A program made the translations under genes and the position numbers. Under the pieces are notes generated by a model, which saw only the letters and a program-made list of their open reading frames with translations, had not been told where the DNA came from and did not search any database. Of a stretch of DNA of 64,000 nucleotides, positions 48,707-61,875 are shown piece after piece (the stretch's first letter is position 1; every line of letters begins with the position of its first letter). The DNA lies in contig OZ024741.1 in assembly GCA_964016885.1 (NCBI GenBank), positions 359,414,001 through 359,478,000 on the forward strand, read 5' to 3'. The stretch comes from Eledone cirrhosa. Taxonomy: Eukaryota.

Positions 48707-51493
48707 TATAGCGAGAGTACTGGGTTGCATGAATGTAACAAGGAATACATTGTTTGTGTGTAGATAATATTTAATTAACAATGGTAGATAGTATAGTCGA
48801 AATGTCAAAGAAATAGATGAAAGAATGAAACAAAGTTAGTCGTTACCGTTTTGATTGCCAGGCAAACGCGGCTGGCAGAGGACGCCTGGCTAAGGCCAGC
48901 CAGGCGCCGGAAGGCCAAATGAGAGGCTCTTGGCCTGGTGCCGAAAAGGCAATGAGAGGATGAGAACTTAAAGTTGTTAGTTTTATAGGGTTCTGACCGG
49001 AAGTTACAGAAAGGGTTCTACTTCCCGTCTAGACGTTAATTCAAACAAGGGAGACAACCGCCACATAACCTCCCGCCAGAATTTTAGGATATAAAAATCG
49101 AAATGAAAATATGTAGCAAGTTGGCGAGAATGTTGTAACAGGCATGAAAATTACGACAAAAGAATGTTTGCAAAAATCAATGATAGATATCAAGGTAGCC
49201 AACCGCTCTTGGCCAGAGAACGACTGGACATCTATCTATCCATCACCCAAAGATACAATGTAATAAAGCAAGAGAAGGGCTCAAAGTTCAAATGTACAAA
49301 ATATAGTTCACAGGTGTGCAATCACTTGACAGCTGGAAAGAAAGTGTGTTCCAGAGAATGAATGCAGGTGGTCTCTGTTCTGTGGTATATCGTGAAATTT
49401 CCAACCTCCGAATGGATTTTCTCACAGGAAGAGTGCTGCAAAAATAAATTCTCTGGCTTTGGTTGTTGGTGAAGCTGTGTTGATGTATTGCTGTTGCTGC
49501 TGCTGTTGTCTCGCTGAGTGAGCGTATTCGGTGTTTAAATTCACAGTAAAAAAAGATTTTTTTTTTTAGAAAAAATGAGTTGCGCAAAGTGCTAGAAATA
49601 GCAGCCGAAGTTGATGGTCGATGTTGAGAATGCGTTGACCTGGAAGGGTCAAGAGAGCGGCTGGCAGAGGACGCCTGGCTAAGGCCAGCCAGGCGCCGGA
49701 AGGCCAAATGAGAGGCAGAGCCAAATGAGAGAGTGAGAACTTAAAGTTGTTAGTTTTATAGGGTTCTGACCGGAAGTTACAGAAAGGGTTCTACTTCCCG
49801 TCTAGATCCCAATCAAAACAAGGGAGACAACCGCTACATAACCTCCCGCCAGAATTTTAGGATATAAAAATCAAATGAAAATATGTGGTGGTTGGCGAGA
49901 ATGTTGTAACAGGCATGAAAATTACGACAAAAGAATGTTTGCAAAAATCAATGATAGATATCAAGGTAGCCAACCGCTCTTGGCCAAAGAACGACTGGAC
50001 ATCTATCTATCCATCACCCAAAGATACAATGTAATAAAGTAAGAGAAGGGCTCAAAGTTCAAATGTACAAAATATAGTTCACAGGTGTGCAATCACATGA
50101 CAGCAGGAAAGAAAGTGAGTTCCAGAGAATGAATGCTGGTGGTTTCTGTTCTGTGGTATAACGTGAAATTTCCAACCTCCGAATGGATTTTCTCACAGGA
50201 AGAGTGCTGCAAAAATAAATTCTCTGGCTTGTTCTGCTGGTTTTGGTTGTTGGTGAAGCTGTGTTGATGTTGATGTTGTTGTCTCGCGGAGTGAGCGTAT
50301 TCGATGTTTAAATTGACAGTAAAAAAAATTTTTCAAAAAAAATGAGTTGCGCAAAGTGTTAGAAATAACAGCCGAAGTTGATGGTCGATGTTGAGAATGC
50401 GTTGACCTGGAAGGGTCAAGAGGCCAGCGACCAAAGAAATAAGCATTCTGAATAAATGCGCAGTTTTCAACGGCAAATTTACGTGGTAAATTTTTAAACC
50501 GGCAAATAGGAGAATATAGCTTAAGGCTGGAGAATCCTTGGCGAGAAACGTTATGTCTGGCGTGTGGTTATCTCCGTGAGTCGAGAATGGTGCTGCCTAC
50601 ACGTGCCAAAACAAGGTTAAGTTGAAAAAAAATATTTCTATTGCGCGAGAAAATGGCGCGAAAATGATAGTGCAATAGGTCGTTGGCAGCCATTTTGAAA
50701 AATTTGTGTGTGAAAGTGACAATATGATGAAAAAGAAAGAAAGGCTTCACTTAGTATAACAAATATGGCGAGTTCAAATTTTTTTTGTGAACGATGAAAA
50801 AAACTTGAACGATGAAGAAAACGATGAAAAAAGGCAATAGTTGAGATTCATCGAAAATAAATGTTCATGTTGAAATGTGTAAAAAAAAAATCAAATTTCT
50901 TTTTTTGTTTGTTTGTTTTTAAAGTGTTCGTTGTAAGAAGAAACGAAAAACATATATATATATATACAGTGAAATGCGACAGTTAGTTGATGCGAGAGAG
51001 AAAAAGAGTCTGTCTGAACGAGAATTTCACATGTGCATGTGTTCGTTTCTGTGTCTGCGTATTTTCTTAGTTTGTCAATAAAATTTGCTGCGTATTCGTA
51101 ATGTTACTCACACAACACCAGATTCTGCTATTTTTTTCTTTTTTTCGGGGTCACCACTTATAACAAAATACTAGTGTGTATGAATATAACAAAAGACGTG
51201 GTTTGTGTGTATAATATTTAATTAACAATTTGTGGATATATAGAACAGTATAGTTGACATGTCAATGAATAGATGAAAGAATGAAGCAAAGTTATTAGTT
51301 ACCGTTTGGTTGCCAGGCGAACGCGCCTGGCCGAAGGCTAGGAGCCGAAAGGGCAAATGAGAGATAGGGAGCTTAAAGTTATTCCCTTTATAGGGTTGGA
51401 ACGGAAGTGACAGAAAGGGTTCTACTTCCTATCCAGAGAACGTTAATCTATTGGTGATGTGAGTGTCACAACAAGGGAGGCAACTCCTGCTAC
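48707..51493 (-). mobile_element. Non-autonomous LTR element (family L1) in partial tandem
   Basis: Diverged 5' LTR ~51159-51493; PBS TGGTGACCCCGA (tRNA-Trp type) ~51143-51154; non-coding interior; PPT GGCGGGAGGTTA; partial LTR 49657-49838; duplicated interior 49065-49656; LTR 48707-49064. Confidence 0.8.
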
Positions 51494-52309
51494 AGTGCTC
51501 TCTGGATTTGTGGGGTTCCTGAGTCGCCCCTGGGTGGTTCTCTTCCTTATTGGGGAATTCTGTTGTTTATATTTTCTTGTTAATTGCCATTACAAAATCG
51601 ATGGTAGTGCCAATAGAAGGCAAAGCTGTAATTTGACTCCAGGACAGCTGGCCGTGTGTGAGAGGAAAGAGAGCTGGGGTGGAGTGGGTGAAGTCGGTAG
51701 AAGGTCGGACGCCATGCTTTGCAGCATAGAGTTAGGATCCTTTATGGTCTGAATTCAAATCCCGCCGAGGTTAACTTTGCCTTTCATCCTTACAGGGTCG
51801 ATAAAATAAAGCACCAGTAATGCACTGAGATAATTGCTGGCCCCTTGTACAAAAAGTAAAAATAATTCTTTGTCCACTTATTCCTGGGAAGGTATAAGGG
51901 GGGGGGGGGGGAGAGTCCTTAAGCACGCCATCTAGTAGGTCCTGTCAGAAACAATTGTCTCCAATTGTTTCGGCTAGATCGAAGTAACGGCCTTTATTGT
52001 TGATTGAATAGTGCTTATGGCATTTTCACTTTCAACATTCAATTTTCAATGTAAATAATATTATAAATTGCTCGCAATTCGTTCAGAAAGATATTGCAAA
52101 TATAATGTCTAAACCATGTATAATAACACAATAATATAAATTCATTGAACACATCTCGACTCACACACAATTCATTTGCCATGACTCACAAATATCTACA
52201 CAGTATTGTCACACGACTATGAACAACCGACCTCCTTAACCATTTATATAAATATCTTAGTCAACAACAAACAATCTTGTTAACCGTCGCTACATCTGAT
52301 GATCCCCTT

Positions 52310-52720
52310 CTTAACAGCAGCTACAGCTCTACCTAGAGCGACTCTATCGATTAACTTCCAAAGACCCTTCGGAGGAACCCCATTTTGACCGCTTGCATTC
52401 GCGATCATATTCTTTCGGTCATTACCCAAGATTCATGACCTTAGGTAAGGGTTGGCACGAATACCAAATTAAAGATAGCGAGTTTGGCTTTTACACCTAC
52501 CTCCCTTTTTCTGATGACTGAATGCTTAAGCTGGCGCAATACTGCACCAGTTCCTACAAATCTTGTACTTAATTCGGCCTCATATCTTCCATCACTCGTG
52601 AACACTGCCATGAGATGAGCTTCTCCACCTGCTTCAGTGGGAATCCACTCGCATATAGAATGCACTGTGCAGGCTTCCTTGAGAGGACTAGTGTCTCGGT
52701 CGATGCTGCATCGGTTTTCA
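52310..52720 (-). mobile_element. Decayed RTE-type fragment
   Basis: Homologous to ~680-1110 (..SDGRYEAELSTR....AKLAIFNLVFVPTLT). Confidence 0.75.
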
Positions 52721-53084
52721 TTCCTGCAATGCAGCAAATTTATCAAGTTCATGTTGGGGATCACCTCGTGAATTGTAATGGCTATTTCAATGTGTCTCCT
52801 TCGCCATCCCCCGGGGCAGCGTTCTCGCCATTCTGTATACTGGGACCACAGGGCAGCTTACGACTTGTGTTCTACACGCCAAAAAACGTTCCCCCACACT
52901 GTCCGAGCCCGCATCATCATACACTCTCATGCATATACATATATTTACGTACAGTCAACTCTTCCATATTTGTGAATTATCAACGTTAATTTTTCGGGAC
53001 CATTATTCACTTAATCTTTTATTGTTAAAAGAAATATATGTATTCACATGTCAGGTAATTAGGTCATCGGTATATCACAATTTC

Positions 53085-53320
53085 GGCACTACAACGCTAT
53101 TAGCTGTCAGTCGAAGCAGCCGATGAAAGCAGGCGAAGGTGACGTCATTCGTCAAACATCGTTTATTTCCGTATTACTACCACGCGTAAGTGGAGTTACT
53201 TAAATGAAATTTTTTTTTTTCACGCGTTTTTTCTTTTTTTTGCGTGGTAGTAATACGGAAATAAACGATGTTTTACTTTCATCGGCAGCTTCGACTGACA
53301 GCTAATAGCGTTGTAGTGCC
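53085..53320. mobile_element. MITE with long TIRs (Merlin- or MULE-like)
   Basis: GGCACTACAACGCTATTAGCTGTCAGTCGAAG ... CTTCGACTGACAGCTAATAGCGTTGTAGTGCC; 8-bp TSD ACAATTTC/ATAATTTC. Confidence 0.8.
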
Positions 53321-53521
53321 ATAATTTCTTCTATATTTTATCAGCATGCCACTCTGGTATAGAAAATTGATTTATTTACCATTGTATAAATTTACTGTTG
53401 AATAACATTACATATGTAAATGCCAACCTCTTCCAATTGAGCTTTTTTTTTCACTATGCTAGAAATGTGTTTATTTCTGATATTTTAAAAATATTTGTGA
53501 GGCGTTAAGTTTTATTCTATA

Positions 53522-53970
53522 CTAGCTGAGGTATCCGGCTTCACCTGTGTAAACAGATGATAAGATAATACCGGTAGAAGAGAAAACAATTGTATTGGGT
53601 GTGTTGTCTGGTTTACAGAATGGGGTAAGACCATGGAGCGACAAAAAGAAAACAGTAAAAGAAATCTTCCAGATATACCAGATTATTCGTTTTACCGTTC
53701 GTGCATAGTATATGAAGATTTTTAGGTGTTCCCACTCATGAACAACCTACATATAACTGCCCATTGGTAAAAACCAATTCTCTCATATTTAATCCTACAA
53801 CTTCGAGAGTCTGACCCTGAGATTTATTTATGGTCATAGCAAAACTGTAACAGGGAACTAAAGTCTTGAGAACTTGAATGGCAGTTCGGTAGAAGAAGGG
53901 ATGAGAGGAATCTTGTGAATAAATACATTTTCTACTTGTATTTCCTTAGAGTTAGTCCCTCTTATTAATT
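53522..53970 (-). mobile_element. Helitron 3' fragment (Pif1-like helicase end, hairpin, CTAG)
   Basis: IPLIPSSTELPFKFSRL, FAMTINKSQGQTL and GQLYVG motifs on the minus strand; terminus CAGGTGAAGCCGG...CAGCTAG|T. Confidence 0.85.
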
Positions 53971-53974
53971 CTCG

Positions 53975-55290
53975 TCGTCTCTCCAACGCTTCGACGATCT
54001 TATATTCAGTGAGCTCGAGGGTTTGGTTAATGTCCGACTCTCTCCAGAGTCCCACGACCAGGCTGCTTTACCCAAACGGTTTGGAGGTCTCGGTTTGCGT
54101 AAGTGTACTTCGTTGTCTCTACCTTGCTTTCTTTCCTCCATCCACCGCTGCTCTCCTTTGGAGAATGTTACCAACTTGGACTAGTTACACCAGGGAGTTG
54201 GATCAAGTTTTACTACAGTGGAGAGAGCTGGAATTGACAGTCCGAGTTACTGATGAGGATAGACGGAAGCAGAGAGTATGGGACAATATGCGTTCGAGGG
54301 AAATTTCCAATTCTCTCTTTGATCTTTCCGATCAATTTTCTAGGTGCCGCTTACTTTCTGCTAGAGCAAAGTTCTCGGAGAACTGGATTGATGCCCTGCC
54401 TGTGGCCAACATTGGTGGCCTTCTCAGTCAGAACGAACTCCGCATCTCCATTGCACTTCGTGTGGGAGCTGACGTCTTTTGGGGTCTGAGATGCCGCTGT
54501 GGAAGGTCCCTCGACTCCACACATTTACATGGTTTTTCCTGCAGCCTGAATGCTGGTCGTGTTGCCCGTCAGACCGAGCTAAACCTGATCATCAAACGGG
54601 CCCTGGTTCGGGTTAATATGCCCACGGTGCTGGAGCCGGCTGGTTTATCTAGAAGTGATGGGAAGAGACCAGACGGTTTTACCCTTTGTCCCTGGGTGAG
54701 AGGTAGGTGTCTCATCTGGCACGTCACAGTCAGTTACTCTTTTGTCTCTTCCCACATCATGGACGCCACGGTGAATGTGGAGGGAGGGGCCATTGCTTCC
54801 GCTGCCGAACGGTATAAGATTCTGAAAGACCAGGACTTATCAAATAATAATTTTTTCCATCCTATGGCGTTCGGTGGGCCGCTGACAGCGAAGTTCTTGT
54901 CTTCACTGGCGACTCGCCTTACTGAGGTGCCAGGTGATGCTCGTGACGGTGCCTGGTTATTTTAGCGCCTTAGCCTCGCCATCACCCGTGGTAATACTGC
55001 GAGAATGTTGGCTTGCTTGAAAGTATGCAATTAACCCCCAAGGTGTGAGGTGTTGCATATTGGCACACTTGGTGGTGAATTGCTCCCTTCCGCTTTTCCC
55101 CTTCTTTTTTCTTTGCTTAATAATTTTTGTTCATGAATTTATATTATTGTGTTATTATACACGGTGTTGACATATTTGTCCTTCTGAACGAATTGCGAGC
55201 AATTTTGGGTGTTATTTACGCATTTGTTATGTTATTTATGTATATATTTAAAACGTTATTCTGCTGGAAATTTATACAACTGTAATAAAA
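53975..55290 (+). mobile_element. CRE-like non-LTR retrotransposon 3' part with restriction-like endonuclease
   Basis: ORF 54009..54965 has CRC...H...C....R, LEP.GL.RSDGKRPDG..L.PW..GR.L.W(D>H)VT; A-rich end. A related inverted remnant lies at ~52065-52150. Confidence 0.78.
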
Positions 55291-56254
55291 GAAAAAAGGA
55301 AACAGCAAGCAGAAAAATGTCGGAAGAAGACATGTATACTCAATTACACGCCATGACAATGTTTGGGGTAATCTGATATTGCCACGAAGGCGCTAGAATA
55401 GCCAAGCATCCTCGAGGGTATCACCTAACACCTCGGTACGGTGTACCACCAACAATGACAAGAACGTTGTTGTCAGCAGCCAAGCTCTCCCAAAATGTCT
55501 CGAACGCCACAGACTGAAAAAAAAAATAGTTTTCCGATAATTCCTGGTATTTAATTTTTTTCCCCGTTCGATTTCTCTTTAGTTTACTGCAAACGATCGG
55601 TCTACTAATAAAAGTACTATAAATATTTCAATTAATAAACCCATTTTAGATATCAAATGTTAAACGTTAAACAACCATGGGAAGTAATTCCCAAATAAAT
55701 ACAAAGATGTGTGGAAGTTATTTCCCTTACATACAGTGAAATTATAGTAAATAACTATATTTGCCTACATATAAATGTCATACACATCATGTAATGGTAT
55801 AAAACGACGTGAAAATTGTATAGCAATAATAGGAAAATAACAATTAATTAGTGTAAAGGAATTGGAGTGCCCTTCAGCTGTGTCAACGATATAATAAACT
55901 CCCTAATGCTGGTATCTCGATAAAATGCACTCAGTAGAGCGCTGGATAAGTGAGAGGTCAAGTAGCCTCGCTTGAGTACTGACTCACTTTTTAGCATGGA
56001 TAACGGGCTTATGACGACGATGATGATGAATGATTTAATTTAAAATTTAAAAAATTATAAATATTTCATTTCCAAATAGCGTAGTGCTGCACATATATAA
56101 TATAGTGAAATGAATAACTTCGTCGTGGTAGTGATGATGGTGATGTTGATGGTGGTAGTGATGATGATGATGTTGATGGGGGTTGTCATGGTTGTGGTGC
56201 CGATAGAGATGGTTATGGAGGTAAAAATGGTGAGGTGGTGATAGTGGCGGCGGG

Positions 56255-57873
56255 GGTGGTGGTGGATGAAGGTAGTGGGAGTGGTGATGATGTTGATGGC
56301 GGTGATGATAAATACAGTAGAGTCTCCCATGTGTAATATAAAGACTTGAGAAACTTCATGAATTTCTATGATCAACTGATCAACTTCACCGTTACTTATC
56401 ACTGTTTCTTGTGGATAACGGAGAAATCTCTTAGTTACTAGAATACATGTTTTCCCTACTGGAGGAACTTAATGTTTACCAAATATACCAACAAAAAACT
56501 TGCCAATGTTATCCGTGATAAATTATTCTACTCAAAATAGAGCTAAGCGGGTTTATCTATTGAGGGTTAAATGTCTTGAACAGAGATATGAACCTGTAGA
56601 AACACAATCAAAACGTTTATTGTAAACATTTAGAATACCTCTCATTAGAATCATTCCAAATATCATAAAAATGTCTAGTATTTTATGTAAGAAACATACA
56701 ATCTCTCCAAGGTGATTTATGATGTCTGTTCATTTTTTAAATCAGAGTCTATTAAACACAGGTTCAAATAATATCTGAGACAATGAACAACATACTGTAC
56801 ACCACCTAGTTTCTCAATTTACTTTCTGCACCATGTCTACTGATCTCAAATAAACCACATACATTGCACTCAGTTCTATCCACTTCACACACATTCTTAG
56901 TTACTCAAATCCAATTTTTCCCTACTAGAGAAACTTAATTTTTACCCTACATACCAACACAAAACTTGTCAATGTTATTTGTGGTGAATTATTCTACTCT
57001 TCTGCTGTCCCAAAATAGAGCTAAGTGGGTTCGTCTACTGAGGGTTAAACATCTTGAACAGAAATATGAACCTCTAAACCTCTTAACTTGCTGGTTTGTA
57101 ATTAATTCTTTGTAACATTGGCACAAAGCCAGCAATTTGAGGGAATGGTAAATATTGACACCAGTATATGACTGATACTTTATTTTATAAAGGCAAAGTT
57201 GACCTTGGTGGGATTTGAACATAGAATGTGAAGGGCCGTAACTAAATACCACTAAGCATTTAGTCTGACACTCTAATGATTCTGTCAATCCACTGCTTCT
57301 CCCTTGTTTGTAATTAATATAAGAACTTTAAATGAGCATGCAGACTTCTTTGCATCAACAACCTAAAATCATCTTGGATTCCTCTTACTGTGAAACACTT
57401 TTGGGGAGACAGAAACTGTGTGGAAACCTGTTACTCATCTTACACTCCCCAATAGACATAACTCCTCTTTTTTTTTTATTTTATCTTATACTAGACCACC
57501 TGTGACACGTTGGTTCACGTTCACTTCCAAATATTTTTTAAAAATCATGTTCACTTAAAAATAATTTTTAAATAATTAAAATATACACAGACATGTATAT
57601 AATGTGAAATGAAACTGGAAGGCCCATATATATATATACGTGTGTGTATGTATATATATAAATGCGTGTGTTTGTATATATGTATGTGTGTGTATATATT
57701 TATGTGGGTGTCTGTGATCTATATACACTGGTCACAGACACACACATATATATATACACACACTCACATATATATATACACAACACTACCAGTTCTCTCT
57801 CTTCCATTCTACTTCTCTGTCTCCTCTCCCTCTCACTATGTCTCTATTTCAATCTACTCTCTCACAACCACTA

Positions 57874-57932
<59 letters not shown>

Positions 57933-58957
57933 ATGAAGGTACCCGGAAAAACCCCATATTTTTTACGCGAAACTTGTTTTATTACGCGAAACTTGTTTTA
58001 TTCCATGTGTATCCCCCTTTCAGGGTCAACATCCTTTCAAAGTATTTTCCCATTATGGCTGTATTACATAACAGGCAAGCAAGCAAGCAATCACAAACTT
58101 TTAGTATTATATAGATAGATCACATGGAAATGTGTAGTTTAGTGGTTAGGGTGTTTCAACTCACCATCGTACGGTTGAGTTTGATTCCCAGCAGTACATT
58201 GCATCCTTGAGCAAGACACTTTATTTCACATTACTCTAGTCCACTCCGCTGGAAAAAAAAAGTTGTACCTCTAATACAAAGAGCAAGCCTTGTCACATAC
58301 GATGCTGAATTCCCCTGAGAATTATCAGCCACTTATACATTAATTTCATGAGTGGGCTGTTCCATTGATTAAATGACTGGAATACTTATTATTGAAACCC
58401 ACAGAGGTCTATTCCATATATCAGAGTTATGTATTTCTGATGGTGGTGGTGGTGGATGAAGGTAGTGGGAGTGGTGATGATGTTGATGGCGGTGATGATA
58501 AATACAGTAGAGTCTCCCATGTGTAATATAAAGACTTGAGAAACTTCATGAATTTCTATGATCAACTGATCAACTTCACCGTTACTTATCACTGTTTCTT
58601 GTGGATAACGGAGAAATCTCTTAGTTACTAGAATACATGTTTTCCCTACTGGAGGAACTTAATGTTTACCAAATATACCAACAAAAAACTTGCCAATGTT
58701 ATCCGTGATAAATTATTCTACTCAAAATAGAGCTAAGCGGGTTTATCTATTGAGGGTTAAATGTCTTGAACAGAGATATGAACCTGTAGAAACACAATCA
58801 AAACGTTTATTGTAAACATTTAGAATACCTCTCATTAGAATCATCCCAAATATCATAAAAATGTTTAGTATTTTATGTAAGAAACATACAATCTCTCCAA
58901 GGTGATTTATGATGTCTGTTCATTTTTTAAACCAGAGTCTATTAAACACAGGTTCAA
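56255..58957. repeat. ~515-bp direct duplication (56255-56770 and 58442-58957)
   Basis: Near-identical copies; the mirror ORFs 56055..56402 and 58389..58592 share their N-terminus. Confidence 0.9.
58130..58385 (+). mobile_element. Second SINE family (CORE-like)
   Basis: tRNA-like head TAGTGGTTAG...GTTTGATTCCC and TCCTTGAGCAAGACACTTTATTTC core; relatives at ~5810-5890, 12980-13300 (-) and 19965-20220. Confidence 0.6.
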
Positions 58958-59663
58958 TTAATAATATAAACCACCTAGTTTCTCAATTTAATTCCTGTAC
59001 CATGTCCACACACACAGTTGCTCTATTACTCCATTATTTTATAAAGAGGTGAAACCTGATACATATTCATATATAAAGTAAACATGAACATATAACAGCT
59101 AATCCATGGTTTTGTTCAATCAGACATTTGATCATATCTACAAGTCTCAGAAAAAAAAAAGGATTAATAGCAGTTTAACTTTTTTGTTACCATTATTCCT
59201 AATAAAATACACTGCCTAAACAGTTATAAAGATTATATATATATCTAAAGTAAATTTTCCAGTCAAGCCTTCTGTTGTTGTTTTAATGTCATCATCATCA
59301 TTACCGTTTTACGTCCATTCTTCCACGCTAGCATGGGTTAGACGGGTTGTCCTGTTGTGGGCAGTGCCCGGTCGGCCGACATTGTCTTTCCCATACGGGA
59401 ACTGATTTTGGCTCAATTTCTACAGCTGGATGCCCTTCCTAACACCAACCTCATTTATATAACCTTATATATATATATGCATAATGGTAATTCAAGGTGA
59501 CGTAAGTACTAGCGTAGTTATAGTAAATGAACAGGCCAAAAATTCCATTAGATTTTACTTTAATAGCACTGGCTAATAGGCTAAATGTGTATATTCGGGA
59601 TCTAAATGCATTTATTTTATTTATTTTAATATTTATTTACATTTATTAATATTTATATATATT

Positions 59664-61065
59664 CCCCCTACTATTTATTATTGCCCTTCAGGCTATAACA
59701 GAGGAGTTCAAGACAGGCTGCCCATGGGAACTCCTATACGCAGACGACCTGACACTCATAGCGGAATCAATGGCCGAGCTAGAGAAGAAATTCCAAACAT
59801 GGAAGCACGGCCTAGAGTCAAAAGGACTTAAAATTAACCTGGCTAAGACCAAAGTTCTAGTTTGTAGGAAAGAAAACAAGGCGGCGGTCCCTTCTGGGAA
59901 ATGGTCGTGCTCGGTGTGTAGGAAAGGCGTAGGTAGAAACTCCATTTTATGTCCTAAATGCAAAGTATGGGTGCATAAAAGATGTAGTGGGATCACAGGT
60001 AAGCTAACTAAGAACATAGATTTTACATGTGGCCGGTGTTCTGGTGCAATAAGTAGCAGCAAGTGCCCACAAAATACTAGCTCTTTCAATTGCGCAGAGG
60101 GTTCTATAGAAATAGTGGACAGCTTCCGTTACCTGGGCGATAAAATCAGCAGTGGGGGAGGGTGCTCTGAAAGTACTGTAGCTAGAGTCAGAACTGGTTG
60201 GAAAAAGTTCAGAGAGCTTATACCACTATTAGCTGCTAAAGGGTTCTCCCTAAAAATGAAAGGCAGGTTGTACGATGCCTGCATACGAACAGCAATGTTG
60301 CATGGCAGTGAGACCTGGGTATTGTGTGCAGAGGATATACGCAGACTAGAGAGGAACGAAGCTTGCATGCTCCGCTGGATGTGTAACAGTAATATACGTG
60401 AACGGCAAAGCATAAACGAACTAAGGAAAAAATTAGAGATAAGAGGGATCAGATGTTGTTTACTCGAGAGAAGGCTACGTTGGTATGGACACGTGATGCG
60501 CATGAAAGTCGATAGCTGTATAACAAAGTGCAGGGCAATAAAGATAGACGGTAGCCACGGAATAGGCAGACCTAGAAAAACCTGGGACGAGCTGATAAAC
60601 TCCGACCTCACACACTTACACCTCTCCAAGACAATGTCACTGGACCGAGACCTTTGGCGGTACTCAGTAACAGAGAAGACCCGCCTTGCCAGTAGGCACC
60701 TCTAACAAAATACACCCCCGTCCCACCACCACCACCCACACCCCATCCACACCACCCCGTTCTATGTAAAGTTATGTTGGTGCCGCGCCATCCAGGCCGA
60801 AACAAATGAGATCGTGTAGGTGTCACGACAAAAAAACACACAGTCCACGCTGTAATGTGGCCGTGTAGGCAACACGGTAAAAACCTCCCAGACCCACACT
60901 GTAAATGTGGTTGGTGTTAGGAAGGGCATCCAACTGTAGAAAACCTGCCAGACAGTCCTATGCGAGCAAGACAATCACTCTTGCCTCAAGTGGGACTACC
61001 CCCGTCCAAACCCATGCAAGCGTGGAACACGGACGTTAAACGTTGATGATGATGATGATGATGAT
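59664..61065 (+). mobile_element. RTE LINE, 5'-truncated copy 3
   Basis: ORF 59770..60705 is near-identical to copy 2; (GAT)n tail; lacks the 28-bp segment at the ORF end. Confidence 0.95.
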
Positions 61066-61875
61066 TTCATAAACAAAATCGTTATATAAAACGTTTTCTT
61101 TTAAAATATATCTGTGCAAAGTTTCATTTTTTAAAATACAAATTATTAAGAAAGTCAAGGATTAGCTTCTTTAAATAATATCCAATATCCTCAACTTTGT
61201 CAACATTGTAACAATAACATCTATCATTGTCTTTTTAAGTGTGTGTGTAGGTGTGTTGATGAACAGGCTGGCTGTTACTTGTTTTTTCAGATAGCTAACA
61301 AATAAGTTGTCATTTCTTTGACATATATTTCCTATTCAGTCAACTTGGACAGTCCTTTGATTAGGGTGATTTGGTGCCAGGATTGATGCCAATTCTATAG
61401 ACTTGTTGTCTGAAGGTTGTGATAACTATGCTTGGGGACAGACATACACACACTAATATTTTTTCTTAATAAATATAATTCCACCTCCTCTCCATGATTA
61501 TTCTATCTCAAGTTAACCTGGCAGATACACTTGGATGCGCACATAGACACACACATACATATAAACACTCGCTACGCCAGGTATCTACACATACAACCAC
61601 TCCCTAAACATAATATAAAATTAACACTAGTCTGGAACTAGCTGTTGACACAGCAAGATCTCAGCCATCAGAGTCTCAACTTTTTATAATATAACCATGC
61701 TCTACTACTCCAAGTATCGAGTACTTTGTTGAGTAATGATCTAACCAGATTCAAACTAAATCCATCTTGATTTATATAGCTCCTACCTAGTAGTGGAATA
61801 TTCTTCAACCCATACCAGACCCCCTATCCTGGTTCAAATTAACATGTACTTGTTCCAAACTTGGTTACTGAACTC

